Shown in pieces: positions 7,439-11,995 of a DNA stretch of 11,995 nucleotides. Positions within the stretch are counted from its first letter, which is position 1, and each line of letters starts with the position of its first letter. The notes beneath the pieces are model-generated. The model was not told where the DNA came from. It searched no databases and worked only from the letters and a program-made list of their open reading frames with translations. The stretch is from a bacterium (GTDB lineage: Bacteria; Zhuqueibacterota; Zhuqueibacteria; Oceanimicrobiales; Oceanimicrobiaceae), in NCBI GenBank assembly GCA_046757165.1, contig JBHHXT010000151.1:1-11995 (forward strand). Direction: 5' to 3'. The translations under genes and the position numbers were made by a program.

Positions 7439-8227
7439 TTGCTTATGGTCACTTTCCTGGCCGCAGGCTGCGCCACGACCTCCAGAGTTCCTGACCTGTC
7501 CAACATTACCACCCAGACGATTCAGTCCAAAGTGCTGCGAAATTTCAACAAGCTCGTGAGCTTCGAGGGCAGAGCGCGTGTGATCATCGAGCTGCCAGGG
7601 GAGGGGTATCGGGGGAGCTCCCGGGTCTATATCAATCTACCGGATTCTGTCTACGTCAAGACAGAGGCGATCCTCGGCATCGACATCGGCGCCCTCTTTC
7701 TGGACCGCTCCTATTTCGGCGCTTATGCGCCACGAGAGAACGTGCTCTATTACGGCGAAGCCGAGCTGCTGGACCTGCGCGATTTTCTGCAGGTCGAAAT
7801 CGAGACCGATGAGCTGGTTGAAGTGCTGACGGGGTTGATACGAATTGCCCCGGAACCTGGCGCCACGCCGGCGTTCGACGACGGGAAATTTCTCATCTCT
7901 TTCCCGCTCGGGAACGGAACCCAAAGAGTCTGGGTGGACCCGAAAAAGTATGTTGTGACCCGGAGCCAACTGGTGGACACGCGCGGCCGTGTGATTCTGT
8001 TGAAAGAATTCAGCCGCTTCAAGACCAGGAAGGGAATTGTCTTACCGCAGACCATCAAGATCACCCGGCCGCTGGCGCGAGAGCGTCTAACGGTCTACTA
8101 CACCAGCCAGAAAATAAACAAGCTCATCGTCCCGGAGAAGTTCCGCCTCAAAACCTCAAAGAATGCACGGCGAGTCTATTGGGGCGACTTGGAACGGTCG
8201 CAACTTGGCCGGAATCGCAAAAAATGA
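7439..8227 (+). CDS. Lipoprotein, DUF4292/LolB-like (true start may be further upstream)
   Basis: Lipobox LAAG-C; beta-rich ~260-aa body with DSVYVKTEAILGIDIG and F.......LP..I.I patterns recalled for DUF4292; lies directly after a TPR gene, the usual context of this family. Confidence 0.65.
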   Translation: MLMVTFLAAGCATTSRVPDLSNITTQTIQSKVLRNFNKLVSFEGRARVIIELPGEGYRGSSRVYINLPDSVYVKTEAILGIDIGALFLDRSYFGAYAPRENVLYYGEAELLDLRDFLQVEIETDELVEVLTGLIRIAPEPGATPAFDDGKFLISFPLGNGTQRVWVDPKKYVVTRSQLVDTRGRVILLKEFSRFKTRKGIVLPQTIKITRPLARERLTVYYTSQKINKLIVPEKFRLKTSKNARRVYWGDLERSQLGRNRKK

Positions 8228-8231
8228 ATGA

Positions 8232-8266
8232 GCTGTTGGCTATTGGCTAATTGCCAAAAGCCAATC
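8232..8266. repeat. Degenerate heptamer tandem repeat forming a hairpin
   Basis: GCTGTTG GCTATTG GCTAATT GCCAAAA GCCAATC. Arm 8236-8247 pairs with 8253-8264 (11/12). Confidence 0.7.
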
Positions 8267-8359
8267 AGAGAACAAAAGCTAACAAATAGCCTTAAGCCGG
8301 ACGAGTCGGAACCCAAAAGATTTTTTCCTGAATTGAGCGGTTCCTGACCAGGGGTGTTC

Positions 8360-8416
8360 GGTGTACAAGCTTCAGCTTGGTGGGGTGAGGGGAAAACACG
8401 CCAAAGCGTGAACACC
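8360..8416. repeat. Inverted pair of REP-like units (GGTG tetranucleotide plus short hairpin)
   Basis: GGTG-TA-CAAGC-TTCA-GCTTG (8360-8379, +) and GGTG-TT-CACGC-TTTG-GCGTG (8416..8397, -). Confidence 0.65.
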
Positions 8417-8496
8417 CTAATTCTGAACACCTGAACCTGTTGAAAGGTTGAGAAAAAAATCTGTCGCCGTAACTTACAAAATAGAGTTATCCGTAG

Positions 8497-8547
8497 CCCT
8501 GAGTTGTAAAGTCTTGCCAAAAAACGGCGAGACTTTACAACTCAGGG
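8497..8547. repeat. 22-bp inverted repeat with 7-nt loop
   Basis: CCCTGAGTTGTAAAGTCTTGCC-aaaaaac-GGCGAGACTTTACAACTCAGGG; 21/22 Watson-Crick plus one G:U. Confidence 0.85.
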
Positions 8548-8566
8548 ATTAATCAGCAAGCTCGAG

Positions 8567-8608
8567 GCCAACAGCGAACGGCCAGCAGCTAACAGCTAAC
8601 AGCCAAAC
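8567..8608 (+). repeat. Six-unit heptamer tandem repeat (consensus GCYAACA)
   Basis: GCCAACA GCGAACG GCCAGCA GCTAACA GCTAACA GCCAAAC, ending 6 nt before the GT2 start codon. Confidence 0.8.
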
Positions 8609-8614
8609 AGGAAA

Positions 8615-9565
8615 ATGACCAGCTCAAAAAAGATCGCCCCAAAAGTCTCCGTCGTCGTGCCCTTGATCAACGAGGAAGAGTCGCTCCAGGAGCTGCATCA
8701 GCAGATCTCTGCTGTTCTGGAGGCGGAGAAACTGGCCGCCGAAATCCTCTATATCGATGATGGCTCGAGCGATGGTTCGATGCGGGTGCTGCGTGACCTG
8801 CACGAGAACGACCCGCGGGTGCGCGTGTTCCAGTTTCGCCGCAACTATGGCAAATCGGCGGCGCTGGCGCTGGGATTCAAAGAGGCGCGCGGGCAGGTCA
8901 TCGTCACCATGGACGCCGACTTGCAGGATGACCCGAAAGAAATTCCAAACTTGCTGGCCAGGATAGAGGAAGGCTATGATCTCGTTTCTGGCTGGAAGAA
9001 GAACCGCAAAGATCCCTTCATCAAACGCAACACCTCCAGGTTGTTCAACTGGGTCACTTGCAGAATGACCGGGCTTCGAATTCACGACATCAACTGTGGG
9101 TTGAAGGCGTACCGCCGCGAGGTCACCGACACCGTCAACGTTTACGGCCAGCTTCATCGCTTCTTGCCCGTGCTGTCGCAATGGGAGGGATTCAAAGTTG
9201 GCGAAGTCGTCGTGCGCCACCACGCAAGAAAATATGGCCGCACCAAGTTCGGGATTTCGCGATTCACCGCCGGTTTTTTTGACTTGATTACCGTCTTGTT
9301 TATTACCCGCTATACCAAACGGCCACTGCATCTTTTTGGCTCCATCGGTGCTGTTTCGTTTATTTTTGGCCTGGTTATCAGCACTTACCTGGCTATTGAG
9401 CGTATTTTCTTTCAAAAGTACCTCTCCAAACGACCGCTGCTCTTTCTCGGCATTCTGACCATCATCGTCGGGGTTCAATTTGTTTCCATCGGACTGTTAG
9501 GGGAAATGATCACAGAGGGGAGAAAGACTCGAGTCGACTATTCAATCAAGAATGTCCTGGAATAA
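8615..9565 (+). CDS. GT2 polyprenyl-phosphate glycosyltransferase (DPM1/GtrB/ArnC-like) with two C-terminal TM helices
   Basis: VSVVVPLINEEESL, IDDGSSDGS, FRRNYGKSAAL, MDADLQDDP, DLVSGW, DINCGLKAYRR, HRFLP, R..G.TKF, then two hydrophobic helices. Confidence 0.93.
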   Translation: MTSSKKIAPKVSVVVPLINEEESLQELHQQISAVLEAEKLAAEILYIDDGSSDGSMRVLRDLHENDPRVRVFQFRRNYGKSAALALGFKEARGQVIVTMDADLQDDPKEIPNLLARIEEGYDLVSGWKKNRKDPFIKRNTSRLFNWVTCRMTGLRIHDINCGLKAYRREVTDTVNVYGQLHRFLPVLSQWEGFKVGEVVVRHHARKYGRTKFGISRFTAGFFDLITVLFITRYTKRPLHLFGSIGAVSFIFGLVISTYLAIERIFFQKYLSKRPLLFLGILTIIVGVQFVSIGLLGEMITEGRKTRVDYSIKNVLE

Positions 9566-9583
9566 ACGATAAACGGGGGCACC

Positions 9584-10612
9584 ATGATTATTCGCAGCAA
9601 AGCACCTTTACGATTAGGGTTGGCCGGCGGCGGCACAGACGTGTCCCCTTACAGCGACCAATTTGGCGGCTATGTGTTGAACGCCACCATCGACATGTAC
9701 GCCTATTGCACCATCGAAGTCACCGACAACAACAAGATAGAGATTCATGCCATCGATCAAAAACGATGCTTCGAGTCGCCGGCGGTCGAGCATCTGGCAA
9801 TCGACGGGACGCTCGACCTGCACAAAGGGGTCTACAACCGGATTGTCAAGGACTATCATGGCGGCCGGCCCCTGTCGTTCAAGATGACCACCTTCTCCGA
9901 TGCCCTGGCGGGGTCCGGGCTGGGGTCATCTTCGACCATGGTGGTGGCGATGTTGAGCGCGTTTGTCGAGTGGCTCAATCTGCCGTTCGGCGAGTATGAT
10001 ATCGCGCACCTGGCCTACCAGATTGAGCGCCAGGATATCGGCCTCTCAGGCGGCAAACAAGACCAGTACGCCGCTACATTTGGCGGCGTCAACTTTATGG
10101 AGTTCTACGACCACGACCGGGTCATTGTCAATCCCCTGCGAATCAAGCAGTGGATACTGGACGAGCTGGAAACGTGCATGGTGCTGTGTTTTACCGGTGT
10201 TTCGCGCGAGTCGGCAAAGATCATCGATGAGCAGACGCGCAACGTCACCGAGAAGAGGCAAAAGTCCATCGATGCCATGCACCAGCTCAAGGCGGATGCG
10301 TTGGTCATGAAGGAGGCGCTTTTGAAAGGCGAAATGAGCCGGTTTGCCAAGTATCTCAGCAGGTCGTGGGAAGCGAAAAAGAACATGGCCAACACCATCA
10401 CCAACCGCGAAATCGACCAGATCTACCAGGCCGCGCTGGAGGCTGGCGCATATTCAGGAAAGATCTCCGGCGCCGGCGGTGGCGGATTCATGATGCTGAT
10501 CGTCGACCCGACGAAGAAAGTGAGTGTGATAGAAGAACTCGGCCGCTTCCGGGGCGAAGTCTTCAAAGTGCATTTTACCAAGAAGGGAACGGTTGGATGG
10601 AAAATCCACTAG
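9584..10612 (+). CDS. hddA: D-glycero-alpha-D-manno-heptose-7-phosphate kinase (GHMP family)
   Basis: [46 protein letters not shown]; 342 aa; adjacent to gmhA and hddC. Confidence 0.93.
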   Translation: MIIRSKAPLRLGLAGGGTDVSPYSDQFGGYVLNATIDMYAYCTIEVTDNNKIEIHAIDQKRCFESPAVEHLAIDGTLDLHKGVYNRIVKDYHGGRPLSFKMTTFSDALAGSGLGSSSTMVVAMLSAFVEWLNLPFGEYDIAHLAYQIERQDIGLSGGKQDQYAATFGGVNFMEFYDHDRVIVNPLRIKQWILDELETCMVLCFTGVSRESAKIIDEQTRNVTEKRQKSIDAMHQLKADALVMKEALLKGEMSRFAKYLSRSWEAKKNMANTITNREIDQIYQAALEAGAYSGKISGAGGGGFMMLIVDPTKKVSVIEELGRFRGEVFKVHFTKKGTVGWKIH

Positions 10613-11193
10613 GGGCGCTCATTCGGCGAGAAATCCGGGAGTCCACCCGGATCCAGCAGGCGCTCTACGAGAGTAACGACATCCTCGCCCAAATCGAGCG
10701 TATTGTCGAGCTGATGGTCACGGCCTACCAGAGCGGTCACAAGGTTCTTCTGGCTGGCAACGGCGGCTCGGCTGCGGATGCTCAGCATCTGGCCGCAGAG
10801 CTGGTTGGCCGCCTCAACCGGCAGCGCGCGGCCCTGGCTGCGATTGCGCTCACCACCGACACTTCCATTTTGACGGCTGTCTCCAATGACAGCGGGTTCG
10901 AAAACATCTTCTTGCGCCAGATCGAGGCGCTCGGCCACGAAGGAGATATTTTTGTCGGCATTTCGACTTCCGGCAACTCCGAGAACCTGCTGGCGGCGAT
11001 ACGCGCCTGTCGTGAAAAAGGGCTGGGGGTCGTCGGGCTGACGGGCAAATCCGGCGGCAAGATGGCGCCCTTGTGCGATGTCGCCGTCTCCGTGCCCTCG
11101 CAGCACACCCAGCGCATCCAGGAGTCTCACATCTTGATCGGACATGCCATCTGTGCCGCGGTCGAACAAGCACTCTTTGGAGAAGGATTCTGA
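10597..11193 (+). CDS. gmhA: Sedoheptulose-7-phosphate isomerase (phosphoheptose isomerase), 198 aa
   Basis: [58 protein letters not shown] 10597 has AAGGGA upstream and overlaps hddA by 16 nt. Confidence 0.96.
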   Translation: MENPLGALIRREIRESTRIQQALYESNDILAQIERIVELMVTAYQSGHKVLLAGNGGSAADAQHLAAELVGRLNRQRAALAAIALTTDTSILTAVSNDSGFENIFLRQIEALGHEGDIFVGISTSGNSENLLAAIRACREKGLGVVGLTGKSGGKMAPLCDVAVSVPSQHTQRIQESHILIGHAICAAVEQALFGEGF

Positions 11194-11194
11194 C

Positions 11195-11896
11195 TTGGAC
11201 GCGATCATCTTAGCCGGCGGACTGGGAACGAGATTGCGCCACGCGGTGGATGACCTGCCGAAGCCCATGGCGCCGGTTTGCGGCCGGCCGTTCCTGGACT
11301 ATTTGCTCGACTATGCCCTGCGGTGGCAAGTTGAGCGCGCCATTCTCGCAACCGGTTACCTGCACCAGACCATCGAGGCACATTACGGCAACAGCTACAA
11401 GAACCTGGCTATCGCCTATTCTGTCGAGCGCGAACCTCTCGGCACGGGCGGGTGCATCCAACTAGCTTGCCGGCAAGCGCGCTCTGAGCACGTCTTCATC
11501 TTGAACGGCGACACTTTTTTTGATGTCGATTTGGGCAAGATGATGCAGGGCCACCTGGCGACAGATGCGGATATGACCATTGCGCTGAAACCCATGCACG
11601 ACGTCGCCCGCTACGGCGTGGTGCGGTTCGAGGGCAGCCGAATCACACGGTTCGAAGAAAAGAAAAAAGTGGACTTTGGCCACATCAATGGCGGCGTCTA
11701 CGTGGCCCGGAAGACGCTTTTCGAGGGGTTGAGCCTGCCCGATAAGTTCTCCCTTGAAGAAGATGTCTTGAGGAAGTTTGTACAGACGTTGAACCTTCAG
11801 TGCTTTCTTTCCGACACCTATTTCATCGATATCGGGATTCCTGAAGACTACTACCGGGCGCAGGATGAGCTGAAAGTGTATGCCAGGGAAAGTTAG
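11195..11896 (+). CDS. hddC: D-glycero-alpha-D-manno-heptose-1-phosphate guanylyltransferase (NTP transferase), 233 aa
   Basis: TTG start 1 nt after the gmhA stop, with AAGGA 7 nt upstream. Motifs AIILAGGLGTRLR, PKPMAPV, EPLGTGG, NGDT, INGGVY, YFIDIGIPEDY; hddA-gmhA context. Confidence 0.88.
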   Translation: MDAIILAGGLGTRLRHAVDDLPKPMAPVCGRPFLDYLLDYALRWQVERAILATGYLHQTIEAHYGNSYKNLAIAYSVEREPLGTGGCIQLACRQARSEHVFILNGDTFFDVDLGKMMQGHLATDADMTIALKPMHDVARYGVVRFEGSRITRFEEKKKVDFGHINGGVYVARKTLFEGLSLPDKFSLEEDVLRKFVQTLNLQCFLSDTYFIDIGIPEDYYRAQDELKVYARES

Positions 11897-11917
11897 CCCG
11901 GATGAACGAGTCTGAAC

Positions 11918-11990
11918 CTGTCCCCTCCCGGGAGGGGAGTGGGGCAAATCTCCTCCCGGGAGGAGACAGAAAATGAACTTGTTCATTTTC
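11918..11990. repeat. Cluster of palindromes (REP-like doublet plus 10-bp inverted repeat)
   Basis: TCCCCTCCCGGGAGGGGA (11921-11938) and TCTCCTCCCGGGAGGAGA (11949-11966) are each perfect 18-bp palindromes. GAAAATGAAC-tt-GTTCATTTTC spans 11969-11990. Confidence 0.8.
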
Positions 11991-11995
11991 AGAGG

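Noticed and set aside
8176..8520. 114-aa minus-strand ORF across the repeat-rich spacer
   Set aside because: It translates palindromes and heptamer repeats, and has no clear SD or protein-like motifs.
8228..8614. Possible CRISPR array, tRNA, riboswitch or ops/JUMPstart element
   Set aside because: No equal-length repeats with unique spacers, no cloverleaf, no riboswitch consensus that I recognise, and no GGCGGTAG.
10366..10596. 77-aa N-terminal extension of GmhA
   Set aside because: It lies inside hddA in another frame; ATG 10597 gives a normal-length GmhA with an SD.
11969..11990. LexA-like GAAC/GTTC boxes (also at 146-170)
   Set aside because: Spacings (GAAC-N2-GTTC, GAAC-N6-GAAC) do not fit the known GAAC-N4-GTTC or GTTC-N7-GTTC boxes, and the sites are better explained as repeat hairpins.

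Overview
Bacterial cell-envelope region of moderate-to-high GC, most consistent with a non-Bacteroidota member of the FCB group (KSB1/Calditrichota-like; inference). Left: two co-oriented minus-strand genes, each a predicted outer-membrane beta-barrel fused to a ComEA-type helix-hairpin-helix (HhH) domain. One is a FadL/PorV-like barrel with a C-terminal canonical HhH; the other has an N-terminal degenerate HhH and a large barrel. They are divergent from a DUF4835-like gene. Middle: an exported isoaspartyl peptidase/L-asparaginase (iaaA-like), divergent from a large periplasmic TPR protein and a DUF4292/LolB-like lipoprotein, with back-to-back sigma70-type promoters between them. A 387-bp spacer full of heptamer repeats and REP-like palindromes precedes a polyprenyl-phosphate GT2 glycosyltransferase and the GDP-D-glycero-alpha-D-manno-heptose genes hddA-gmhA-hddC, which are followed by more palindromes. 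The best candidate for an undescribed system is the twin barrel-ComEA pair, a possible outer-membrane DNA capture/uptake module. All family calls come from motif recognition by eye; no searches were run.
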